64,000 nt of DNA, taken from positions 64,001 through 128,000 of the forward strand of contig CAWBQK010000013.1 in the NCBI GenBank assembly GCA_963791045.1, given 5' to 3'. Under the pieces are notes generated by a model that was not told where the DNA came from, did no database searches, and saw only the letters and a list, made by a program, of their open reading frames with translations. Source of the DNA: Candidatus Latescibacterota bacterium (lineage in GTDB: Bacteria; Krumholzibacteriota; Krumholzibacteriia; WVZY01). This document shows positions 41,054 through 50,424 of the stretch, piece by piece. Within the stretch, counting starts at the first letter, position 1. Every line of letters begins with the position of its first letter. Both the position numbers and the translations under genes were made by a program.

Positions 41054-41332
41054 TGAGCGATCGGCGGTTGGGCCCGCACTACGCTTCGCTAGGGTCCTGT
41101 CGCCGATTACCCGGCACAGGTCATGTCATCGGTCACCCCGAGCGAAGCGAGGTGCGGGGTATCATGCTCAAAGGCTTCAACAACCCAGAACGCGAGCCGC
41201 CACCCGCGCCTACTCTCAATGAGGACGGTGCGGTCTTTCGATAGGCCCTTTCGCGGGAGCGAGCGAGGATCCGGCGCCGGTTCCGCCGGCGGCTAGCGGA
41301 GCGAGGGCCCGAGAAAGATCGCGCCGACCTCA
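41054..41332. repeat. Two long imperfect inverted-repeat hairpins with reiterated AGCG(A/G)AGCGAGG-type motif (REP/MITE-like)
   Basis: 41073-41158: CCCGCACT-A-CGCTTCGCT / AGCGAAGCG-A-GGTGCGGG. 41220-41332: TGAGGACGGTGCGGTCTTTC / GAAAGATCGCGCCGACCTCA. Motif copies at 41141, 41258, 41295. Confidence 0.55.
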
Positions 41333-41396
41333 GCACAACACAATAGGAGTATAGTACAGTAATCCAGGGGATGTCGGAAAGGGGGAAAGGAATGGG

Positions 41397-42068
41397 CTAG
41401 TCGGCTTTGTAGAGCTCTTTGATGCTGCCCCACGTCTTCGTGGCGGTCGGGACCGTCCAGTCCTCCATCATCACGCTGTAACAGGGTTCGCCGTCGAACA
41501 CCCGGTTTGCATTCTTATCGGCGTACACGATGATGCCAATAAACTGGCTGCCGAGCCAACGAAGGTTGAACGTAAAAGTATCCGAGTAGAAACCGTCTTC
41601 GGTCTCGGTCGACACCACCATCCGCGGAATCACATAACGCAATCCATCGATGCGCTCACCATTGACATAAACATCCGGGGAAGAGTTCACGGGAAATGGA
41701 ACGAACTCGACAACGATGTCATTCAACTGTCTGGGGTATTCCGAGAAACCGTCGACACAAATCTTTGTCTTGTTCCCCACCGTGAAGAACTCGCTCTTGC
41801 CGTCGTACGACGTTTCGAAACCCACGAGCCCCGGTGCGCGGTAGATCTCGGTAGCGATCCGTCTCTCCGCGACGTTCCACAACACCTCGCCGGACACGGC
41901 ATAGGCTGGATCGAACCCCGGATCGGAGGGGCTTACGACTTCATATGTCAACGGGTCATAACGGAACACAACAACATCGAGAGGATACACGAGCAGGCAA
42001 GGGTCGGCCAAAACCGCGGCCGGCGCCAGGAGGAATAACGTCAATAATACAGCCAGAATCGGACGCAT
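41397..42068 (-). CDS. Secreted protein with C-terminal VPT..TWGxIKxLY tail
   Basis: Signal peptide MRPILAVLLTLFLLAPAAVLA|DPC, beta-rich body, ends WTVPTATKTWGSIKELYKAD. Confidence 0.8.
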   Translation of the reverse strand: MRPILAVLLTLFLLAPAAVLADPCLLVYPLDVVVFRYDPLTYEVVSPSDPGFDPAYAVSGEVLWNVAERRIATEIYRAPGLVGFETSYDGKSEFFTVGNKTKICVDGFSEYPRQLNDIVVEFVPFPVNSSPDVYVNGERIDGLRYVIPRMVVSTETEDGFYSDTFTFNLRWLGSQFIGIIVYADKNANRVFDGEPCYSVMMEDWTVPTATKTWGSIKELYKAD

Positions 42069-42238
42069 AAGATGCCAAGTACCCAGTGCTGAAAACCCGA
42101 TGGGGTTCGACTCTAACGCAACGGCGGCCGGATAGCGAACCGACCGGACCAACAAAAGGACCGGTCTGTGCTTCCCGCGTCTTCACCTTTATTTTGAGGG
42201 CTGCCGGACGTGTGTGGCACCCCTGCCCTTAGCAGTAC
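42062..42238 (-). ncRNA. Candidate ~170-nt rod-like structured RNA / 5' leader (6S-like architecture)
   Basis: Manual folding: outer stem GGGGUGCCA/UGGCAUCUU, central A-rich bubble opposite hairpin GAACCC-CAUC-GGGUUU, inner stem GACGCGG/UUGCGUU, apical GACCGG/CCGGUC. Directly downstream of a strong promoter. Confidence 0.35.
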
Positions 42239-42244
42239 CCTTAG

Positions 42245-42274
42245 ATTATAGCATACCGGCGCGGTTTCTGTGAA
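42245..42274 (-). promoter_or_regulatory. Sigma70 promoter with extended -10
   Basis: Minus strand TTCACA-18bp-TATAAT, with TGn before the -10. Confidence 0.6.
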
Positions 42275-42324
42275 GTGCAATTGAAACGGAACTATGGAGG
42301 AGAGAGTTGGGCTTGCCGCGAAAC

Positions 42325-43543
42325 CTATTCGATCACAATAACTTCTGTGGGTATACTACCGGTCGATGACACGCGCGACACCAGGTAAAGGCCGGGAACC
42401 CCGTCTATCACGGATTCGATGTCACGCCGTGTCCGCCGACCGGAATCAGCCGAAAATCTAGCAAGGACTCGGCCTCCGCATGACAACTCGGTCGTACGCC
42501 CATCGATGGCCGGGAGACTATCAACCACAATCTCGCCGACGAGACGGTTGGCAATGCTCACGTTCTCTCCACCCGGGACATTCGCGCCCCTTTCCGGCCG
42601 GTCCGGATTCGCTCCCAGACTCAGACTCGCCGACACCACAAGTCTTGTGATCTCGATGAGAAACCGGGTGGTAAGGATCTCCGGTGTGTCGAGAACCGTG
42701 CAGTGATACGGGTTGTGATCGTAACCTTCCCATATCGAGACGGCGGGCAGACCTTTCCGCCAAAAAGAAACGTGATCGCTATTCCCCGAAGCCACGATGG
42801 TGGTATCGACGACGAGACGCGTCGAGCGCACCGCACACTCGATAACTTCAACAGCCAGGGGAATCGATTGCGAGTCGGCGAACAACACCGCGTCCATCGG
42901 TCCATATTCGTCGTACCCAACCATGTCGACATTGATGACTCCGCGCAGATCCGGGTGATCATCCAGCGCGTTTTCCGCAAACGCCTTCGACCCGAGCAGG
43001 CTGTCCTCTTCCCCACCAAAGAATGCAAGCGTCACGGAGGGCCGACGACCGTCCACCGACAAAACCCGAGCCGTCTCGAGAAGAACAGCCACGCCACTCG
43101 CATTGTCATCGGCGCCGGGGGCCGGTTCCCGCCAATCCTCGCCACGGCTGTCGTAGTGGGCGCAAACCAGAATAGTGTTGCGCTCGAACCCCGAGCCGCT
43201 CAAATCGGCAAGAACGTTTGTAACAACTACCGAGTTGCCCAGCCGATCTTTTACATTAACGTAGTGGTATTCGACGGGAATTCCGAGACCAGTCAACCGG
43301 CGCGTAATATACGACACTGTCGAGGCCGCCCCCTGCGATGTAAATCGTCTCTCCGTGCGCCGCGAGAAACTCGACCGTCGCGAGAAGACTGTCACCGGAG
43401 ATATTGGTACAAACCGCCTCGTGGTCACCGTGGCCATTCGGGCCGTCGCTCTCGCGAACAGGATCAACAACGACAAAAAGACCCAGCACAACCAGTGCGA
43501 GCACGCAGACATGCAGGATATGTAGCGGTAATCTGGCAGCCAC
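42325..43543 (-). CDS. M28 family metallopeptidase, one apparent frameshift near 43350
   Basis: GGAGG + GTG and signal-like N-terminus in one frame. AHYDS, PGADDNASG, GEEDSLLGS, NVDMVG, SDHVSF, YH in the other frame. Confidence 0.85.
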
Positions 43544-43686
43544 GAACCGTCCTCCGTTCGGGATTCAAGATTTCACACATCATAGAAACGGCGGGGTTGG
43601 CCGTAAAGCTAATTTTGCCATGAAAGCGCCCAACGCTCTTATGCGGGCACGTCCACCGAGCCCGGGAACCGACCGTCTCTTTTGAC

Positions 43687-43714
43687 TTTACAAAGCCCCC
43701 TCACATGTTATAGT
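43687..43714 (+). promoter_or_regulatory. Candidate sigma70 promoter of peptide ABC operon
   Basis: TTTACA-16bp-TATAGT with extended TG. Confidence 0.5.
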
Positions 43715-43782
43715 AAAAACAAGGTGGTTTACTCTCCCGGTCTTGGTTTGCCGGGAAAATGCGGTATCGAGGAGGACGACAA

Positions 43783-45412
43783 ATGAGCCGGTTATATACA
43801 AATTCGATTGCGGTCTTTTTAATCCTGGGCGTGCTACTTTCACTGTCGTCCTGCGGTGGGGACACCGACGTCCAAAAGGCCGCGCCTACCGGCACTCCCA
43901 TAGTGGGCGGAGTCGTCTACCGCCATCTCGAATCAGACTGCAAAACATTGAACTGGGTGCTTTATAACACCATATACGAAAATCACGTTCTCCGCCATCT
44001 TTACGACTATCTTCTCGACTACGATGAGAACCTCGACATTGTACCCGTGCTCGCAAAGAACTATGACGTCAGCAAAGACGACTTCGTATCACGGTAACCT
44101 TGAGAGACTCTCTCTTCTGGCACGACGGTGTCCCGATAACCTCGCAGACGTCAAATTCACCGTCGACAAGATCCTTGATCCCACGATACCCGCGGTCAAC
44201 AAAGAGGGCTGGTTCTCGCGTCTCGACAACGTCGAGATCGTTGACGACCCAACATCGAGTTCATATGGAAGGAGCCATATGGGCCCTAGTCTCCACGCAC
44301 TCACCCAGCTCGCCCCAATTCCGGAGCATATCTATGGCAAGGGTAATTTCCGTGAACACCCCGCCAACCGGCACCGGTGGGCAGCGGCGCTTTCAAATTC
44401 GAAGAATGGCGAACGGGCCAAATCATCAGCGTCGTACGAAACGAAGACTACTATGGACCTCCGGCCCATCTCGATCGCGTCGTTTTCAAGATCATCCCGG
44501 ACAGGATCCGTGGCGCTCGGCGCGCTCAAGACCGGCGAACTGGATGAAATGCGGGTCAACCAGCCCCAGTGGGAAACCAAACCGATGGCGGCGACTTCCC
44601 GCAAAAAGTTCGACAAGAATCACTATTATGTGCCTCTATACAATTACATCGCCTGGAATTGCCGATCGATTTGGTTCCGAGACAAACGGGTGCGCCTGGC
44701 GATGACGATGCTTTTTGATCGGGAGACGATCAACGAGGAGATTTATTCGGGTCACGCCAAGATCGTCACCGGGCCGTTTTATATAAACTCATGGGCCTAC
44801 GACTCATCGATCGAACCGGTGCCATACAACCCCGATGGGGCTCGACGTATCCTCGATGAAGCGGGTTGGACGGACAGCGACAGCGACGGCATTCGCGACA
44901 AGGACGGGATAAAATTCGAATTCGATTTTTCGTTATCAGCGGAAGCAGGACGGCGCGACGGTTCGCGGAACTCCTTCAGGAAGCATGCCCGAAAGTGGGA
45001 ATCGTAGTCAATATCAGGCGACTAGAGGGAGCGACGTTTTTTGACAAAATGTTCAAAGGCGAGTACGACGGGACGGCGTCTCGGATGGCGCCTGGACAAC
45101 GATCCCGACATGTATGACACCTTTCATTCAACGCAGGTTCCCCCGATCGGCATCAACCATACGTTCTACAGCAACCCCGAAGTTGACCGTCTCCTCGAAC
45201 AGGGACGCGTCGAGTTCGACCACGACAGGAGAAAACAGATTTATCACCGTGTTCACCGGTTGATTCACGATGACCAACCTTACACGTTTATAAATTCGGT
45301 CCCCGAAAAAAGACCGATCAGCAAACGAATCGAGAACGTAACGTTTTCACCCGACGGACCGTTCAATTTTTACCCCGGCGCCAATTACTGGTACACCAAA
45401 GACGAAGAATAA
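43783..45412 (+). pseudogene. Family-5 (peptide/nickel) ABC substrate-binding lipoprotein, multiple frameshifts (real or assembly error)
   Basis: Lipobox LSSC after GGAGG. Fragments LRDSLFWHDG, DVKFT, PIPEHIY, FRDKRVRLAM, LDEAGWTDSDSDGIRDKDG, YSNPEVDRLLEQGR spread over three frames. Confidence 0.85.
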
Positions 45413-45448
45413 AAGGGCCGACCACAAACATCTCCATCCCGGATAAGC

Positions 45449-46426
45449 ATGCTTACATACACGCTTCGGCGTTTGGCATATTTGATCCCCACACTCTTCG
45501 GCATTACCGTCGTTACTTTCGTCATTATATCCCTCGCGCCTGGGAACCCGGTTGAACTCATCCAGTCGGGGAAAATGAGCAGCGGGATATCTCTCGAAGC
45601 CTACAACGAGATGCTCCATCTCTACGGTCTCGACCAGCCCATTCACGTCCGCTATCTCGTTTGGCTCAAACGGCTCGCAACATTTGACTTCGGCAACTCC
45701 TTTCTCGATCACCGTCCGGTTATGGACAAAATCATCGAGCGGCTGCCCCCAACACTGATACTGAACCTGGTGTCGCTCGTAATCGCGTTGTTCCTGGCCA
45801 TCCCGCTCGGACTCCACTCCGCGGTACGCCAGTTTTCGTTGTTTGACAAGCTTGGAGGCACCGTTCTCTACATGCTCTATTCGCTTCCCGAGTTCTGGGT
45901 GGCACTCGTTCTTATTATGGTATTTGGGGTCAAGCTGGGGCTCCTCCCGTTTATAGGGCTGGAATCAACCGGGGCGCGCGACCTCGGATTTTTCCCGCTT
46001 CTTTGGGATAGAGTCCTCCACCTGATCCTTCCGACAATATGTCTCGTTTACGGTTCACTGGCGTATCTGTCACGTTTTGTTCGGGGATCGACACTCGAAA
46101 TCATTCATCAGGATTACATAAGGACTGCGAGGGCCAAAGGGCTTGATGACACGACCGTCGTTTACAAACACGTATTCAAAAACACGTTGATACCGGTATT
46201 GACGCTTCTTGGAATACTGCTGCCGACGTTGATCAGCGGCAGCGTGATCATCGAGTATATTTTCAGTTGGCCGGGAATCGGCCAGTTGTTCTTCGAGGCC
46301 GTCATGTCGCGCGATTACCCTACAGTAATGGGACTGAGTTTCATGACGGCCGTGCTCGTGCTCCTCAGCACGCTCGTTGCCGATTTGCTTTGCGCCTGGG
46401 TCGACCCACGGATAACCTATGACTAA
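45449..46426 (+). CDS. Peptide ABC transporter permease (OppB/DppB-like)
   Basis: YTLRRL, PGNP, GLDQP, DYIRTARAKG, FSWPGIG, RDYP, DPRI. Confidence 0.95.
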   Translation: MLTYTLRRLAYLIPTLFGITVVTFVIISLAPGNPVELIQSGKMSSGISLEAYNEMLHLYGLDQPIHVRYLVWLKRLATFDFGNSFLDHRPVMDKIIERLPPTLILNLVSLVIALFLAIPLGLHSAVRQFSLFDKLGGTVLYMLYSLPEFWVALVLIMVFGVKLGLLPFIGLESTGARDLGFFPLLWDRVLHLILPTICLVYGSLAYLSRFVRGSTLEIIHQDYIRTARAKGLDDTTVVYKHVFKNTLIPVLTLLGILLPTLISGSVIIEYIFSWPGIGQLFFEAVMSRDYPTVMGLSFMTAVLVLLSTLVADLLCAWVDPRITYD

Positions 46427-47462
46427 AAAACCGGCGCGCATAAAACACCCGCCGGGATACACTGGGTTTGTATGGCGGAACTTCAGACGGGACAAGCTCG
46501 CCGTCGCGGCCCTCTTTGTAATCGCGATTATGTTCGTCGTGTCATACCTCGCACCCGTTCTGGCGAACAATAAACCGTTGTTCATGCGAATGGACCAGAA
46601 AACCTACTTTCCCGCCGTGGCCGAACTCTTTCCATTCAACCTTTTTATCAACTACCCCGAGCTGCGCGCGATTGATTTCTCAGTCCTGAGAGACGACTCG
46701 TCGATTAACGGCATGATGCCGGTCGTCCCCTTCTCTCCGTTTGAGACGAGCCTTGCGGAAATTGTCGACCCCCCGAGCCTGCGCCACTGGATGGGGACGG
46801 ACGATCTCGGACGCGATGTATGCAGCAGAATGATCCACGGCGCGGGAGTATCGCTCAAAGTGGGGTTTGTCGCCGTAGGAATCGCACTGATCATCGGTGT
46901 TCTTTTTGGTTCGATCGCGGGGTACTACGGTGGATGGATTGATGTTGTAATCTCCCGCTTTATCGAAGTGGTGATGTGCTTTCCATTCTTCTTTCTCATT
47001 CTGGCCGTTATCGCGTTCTTACCACCGAGCATTTACAACGTGATGATCGTGATCGGCATAACGCGCTGGACAAGCATCGCCCGTTACGCCCGCGCGGAGT
47101 TTCTCAAGATAAAGGAACAGGAATACACACACGCGGCACGTGCGCTCGGTGCAAGCGACAGAAAGATCATCTTCCGGCACATCCTTCCCAATTCGATCGC
47201 GCCGGTTCTGGTCACGGCAACATTTGGGATAGCGAACGCAATTCTCATCGAGGCAGCATTGAGTTTTCTCGGGCTGGGTATTCAACCGCCGTTTGCAAGC
47301 TGGGGGGGGATTCTCTCCACGGCGAGGGAGTTCATCGATGTGGCATGGTGGCTGGCCGTATTTCCGGGTCTCGCCATATTCCTGACGGTGACCGCTTACA
47401 ATCTCGTCGGCGAGGGCCTCCGCGACGCAACCGATCCACGGCTCGCACTTCCCGAAAAATAG
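46419..47462 (+). CDS. Peptide ABC transporter permease (OppC/DppC-like)
   Basis: HWMGTDDLGRD, AARALGA, RHILPN, EAALSFLGLG, GEGLRDATDP. Confidence 0.95.
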   Translation: MTKKPARIKHPPGYTGFVWRNFRRDKLAVAALFVIAIMFVVSYLAPVLANNKPLFMRMDQKTYFPAVAELFPFNLFINYPELRAIDFSVLRDDSSINGMMPVVPFSPFETSLAEIVDPPSLRHWMGTDDLGRDVCSRMIHGAGVSLKVGFVAVGIALIIGVLFGSIAGYYGGWIDVVISRFIEVVMCFPFFFLILAVIAFLPPSIYNVMIVIGITRWTSIARYARAEFLKIKEQEYTHAARALGASDRKIIFRHILPNSIAPVLVTATFGIANAILIEAALSFLGLGIQPPFASWGGILSTAREFIDVAWWLAVFPGLAIFLTVTAYNLVGEGLRDATDPRLALPEK

Positions 47463-47529
47463 TCTCGGCATGCCCGCCGCACATACCAAACAGACCTCCC
47501 ACAGGCAGAAAAAGCCGCAACGCGCGATT

Positions 47530-48355
47530 TCACACTTCGTCATCCGCCTGACATACCGGGCAGAAGTGTGTGCCGCGCCCACCAAGAACGATTTTCTCAA
47601 TTGGCGTACCGCACTCAAGACACGGCTGTCTTTCTCTTCCGTACACCGCGTGACGCTGTTGAAATCCGCCCGCCGTACCGTCGTGACGCCTGTAGTCGCG
47701 AATTGTCGACCCGCCCTCGGCAATCGCACGTTTGAGAATGCGCCCTCGCCGATGCAAGTATCTCCCTCGTATTCGCGGCGGCGCGGGTTCCGGGCATCCG
47801 CGGATTCACACCAGCGTCGAAGAGGAGCTCATCGATGTAGATGTTTCCAAGCCCCGAGACGATACGCTGGATGAGAAGCAGTGATTTTACCGGCGCGCTT
47901 CGCCCTTCAAAGACGCCACGGAGGTATGCTGTGCGCACCGCAAACGCATCGGGGCCGATGTTGAGATCCTCGAGGAAATCGCACCCGTCTGCGACATAAA
48001 CGTACCCGAACCGCCGCGGGTCGTAGAACCTGAGCTCGCCCCCGCCATCAAGGACAAAACGGCCATGAAGGTGTTTGCCGCGTCGGCGGATTTCGTCATC
48101 CCCCCGTTCGCACAAGATCAACCGGCCGGTCATTCCCAGATTAACCGTCATCAAGGCCCTGGGTCCAAAACGGAACACGGCGTTTTTGCCCACCCGTTCG
48201 ACCCGTGTGACCACCCGATCGTTTAGCCAACCCACATGGAGGCTCCCCCGCCGGTACATCGTGGCGGGCGATAACCGCCCCTTTAAGATACGGCGCCCAC
48301 GGAGGGGCCGGTCGAGCCCCCGGACGATGGTCTCAACCTCTGGAAGTTCCGGCAT
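47530..48355 (-). CDS. mutM: Formamidopyrimidine-DNA glycosylase, single extra base near 47745
   Basis: MPELPEVE, RVGK, LGMTG, DPRRFG, SGLGNIY..E. Zinc finger CLECG..FCPVCQ lies in the shifted frame. Confidence 0.92.
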
Positions 48356-48468
48356 ATCATTGTCCTTACGGTAATTCGGCCGTTTCTCATACCCCCGGGC
48401 AAAACCGGTTTCGCCACTCTCGGAGATTGGTTATACTCTCATATAATCGAAGTCGGGCGGAGAAACAA

Positions 48469-48496
48469 GAGGGACCCCTCGCAGCAGGGGTCTTTC
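48469..48496 (+). other. Stem-loop in the 5' region of the radical SAM gene
   Basis: GAGGGACCCCT-CGCAGC-AGGGGTCTTTC, downstream of a TATAAT at ~48442. Confidence 0.35.
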
Positions 48497-48561
48497 GCAT
48501 CGGTGGACGCCGACGACGCACAAGGCCGACGTTTTCAAGTTGTTCGGAGAGGACATCACGC

Positions 48562-50334
48562 GTGCCGCAATCCTTCAAAAACAGAATCCTGAACACCGTC
48601 CTTCCGCGAGTCCAGACCCCCGGTCAATATATCGGCAGCGAGAGGAACCAGGTAGTCAAGGATCCCTCGTCGGTAGACCTAAAGGTCGCGCTCTCGTTTC
48701 CCGACACATACACCGTCGGGATGTCGCATCTCGGGTTACAGATTCTCTACACCATGCTCAACGGCCGCAATGACGTTCTTGCCGAGCGTGTCTTCTCTCC
48801 CTGGATCGACATGGAAGCGGAGCTACGGAAACGTGAACTTCCACTTTACACACTCGAGTCCTTCACACCGATCGGCGAATTCGACATGATCGGATTCTCG
48901 ATGCAGTACGAACTCTGTTATACAAACTTTCTCAATATTCTCGAACTCGGCGGCATCCCGCAGGAGACGGCAAACCGGTCCGCCGGAGACCCGGTAATCC
49001 TGGGCGGCGGCTCGATAAGCTCCGCGATGGAGCCGGTTGCGCCATTCTTTGACGCCGTTCTCGTGGGAGACGCCGAAGACGTTCTCGACGAAATTGTCGA
49101 TCGTGTCATCGATTGGAAAAAGAGCCGACAGGAACGACGGGGCCTCCACGAGTCGCTTGCGCGGGTGCCCGGTGTGTACGTTCCGTCTCTTTACACCGTT
49201 GATTACAACCCCGACGGAACGATCAAGAGCATCGAAAACGACGCGCATGCCCCGAGGTGGATTTCAAAAACGACGGTGTCCGATTTTGAAAACGCGCCCT
49301 ATCCTACGCGCCCTATCGTCCCGAACGTTTCTACAATCCACGAACGCATAAATGTTGAAATCATGAGGGGCTGCCCGAATCAGTGCCGTTTTTGCCAGGC
49401 GGTCAAACATTACAGACCGTTGAAGCGACGATCCATAGAGAAGATCGTCGAGATATGCGAGGAGACGTTCCGGAACACGGGTTATGAGGAGATTTCACTG
49501 ACAAGCCTGTCGGCGGCGGATTATCCCGGGATACAGGAACTGATTCCCTCGATAGCCAGCCGGTTCAACGAGAGGCGGGTCAACGTCTGTCTGCCGTCGC
49601 TACGAGTCAAGGGTGAGCTCGAACACCTGCCCGGGCTGGTGAGCACCGTGCGAAAATCCGGGCTCACAATGGCGCCGGAGGTGGCGACCAACCGGCTCAG
49701 ATCGATGATCCGCAAGCCGATCCTCAACGAGGATTTACTCAACGGTTGTGCCGCCGCATGGAAAGCGGGCTATCAGCTTATCAAGTTTTATTTCATGATC
49801 GGCATCCCTACAGAGACCGAGGAAGATCTCAAAGCGATCGTCGATCTTTCCGACGAGGCGAGCTGGACAAGAAAAAAGACCGGAGGCAGGCGAAAGGGCA
49901 AGATCAATGTCTCCGTGTCATCGCACGTCCCCAAACCACACACGCCGTTTCAGTGGGAGGCAATGGACGCTCGCGACCAACTGAGATCGAAACAATCATT
50001 AATTCGATCCTACAACCGATCGTCTTTTCTCAATCTCAAGTTTCACAACGTCGATGAAAGCTATCTCGAGGCGGTTTTCTCGCGGGGCGACCGACGGTTG
50101 TCCCACGCCCTTCTTAGAGCCCGCGAGCGGGGGCTGCGGATGGATGCGTGGTCGGAATGTTTCAATTTGCAGGCGTGGCAAGAGGTGTTCGAAGACGCTC
50201 GTGTCGATCCGGATTTCTACGCGCTTCGGGCGCGCGGCACGGAAGAGATTCTCCCGTGGGATGTCATCACCGTCGGCAGCCCGACCCACTATCTTATGAA
50301 GGAGCGCGATCGCGCGCATGAGTCGGCAGGTTGA
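48562..50334 (+). CDS. TIGR03960-type B12-binding radical SAM protein
   Basis: LPRVQTPGQYIGSERN, FPDTY.VGMSHLG, EIMRGCPNQCRFC (CxxxCxxC), LPSLR, APE, PKPHTPFQW, LPWD. RBS GGAGAGG + GTG. Confidence 0.9.
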   Translation: MPQSFKNRILNTVLPRVQTPGQYIGSERNQVVKDPSSVDLKVALSFPDTYTVGMSHLGLQILYTMLNGRNDVLAERVFSPWIDMEAELRKRELPLYTLESFTPIGEFDMIGFSMQYELCYTNFLNILELGGIPQETANRSAGDPVILGGGSISSAMEPVAPFFDAVLVGDAEDVLDEIVDRVIDWKKSRQERRGLHESLARVPGVYVPSLYTVDYNPDGTIKSIENDAHAPRWISKTTVSDFENAPYPTRPIVPNVSTIHERINVEIMRGCPNQCRFCQAVKHYRPLKRRSIEKIVEICEETFRNTGYEEISLTSLSAADYPGIQELIPSIASRFNERRVNVCLPSLRVKGELEHLPGLVSTVRKSGLTMAPEVATNRLRSMIRKPILNEDLLNGCAAAWKAGYQLIKFYFMIGIPTETEEDLKAIVDLSDEASWTRKKTGGRRKGKINVSVSSHVPKPHTPFQWEAMDARDQLRSKQSLIRSYNRSSFLNLKFHNVDESYLEAVFSRGDRRLSHALLRARERGLRMDAWSECFNLQAWQEVFEDARVDPDFYALRARGTEEILPWDVITVGSPTHYLMKERDRAHESAG

Positions 50335-50424
50335 CGTTGAAAGCAACTCCGGGTACAATCGTTTCGCCGAACGGCGTTTCTGGATCCACGCTGTGGGGCA
50401 ATGAACCGAAAGAGGTGTGGACGC

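Noticed and set aside
42102-42113. tRNA T-loop-like GGGGTTCGACTC
   Set aside because: No 5-bp T stem, acceptor stem or cloverleaf around it.
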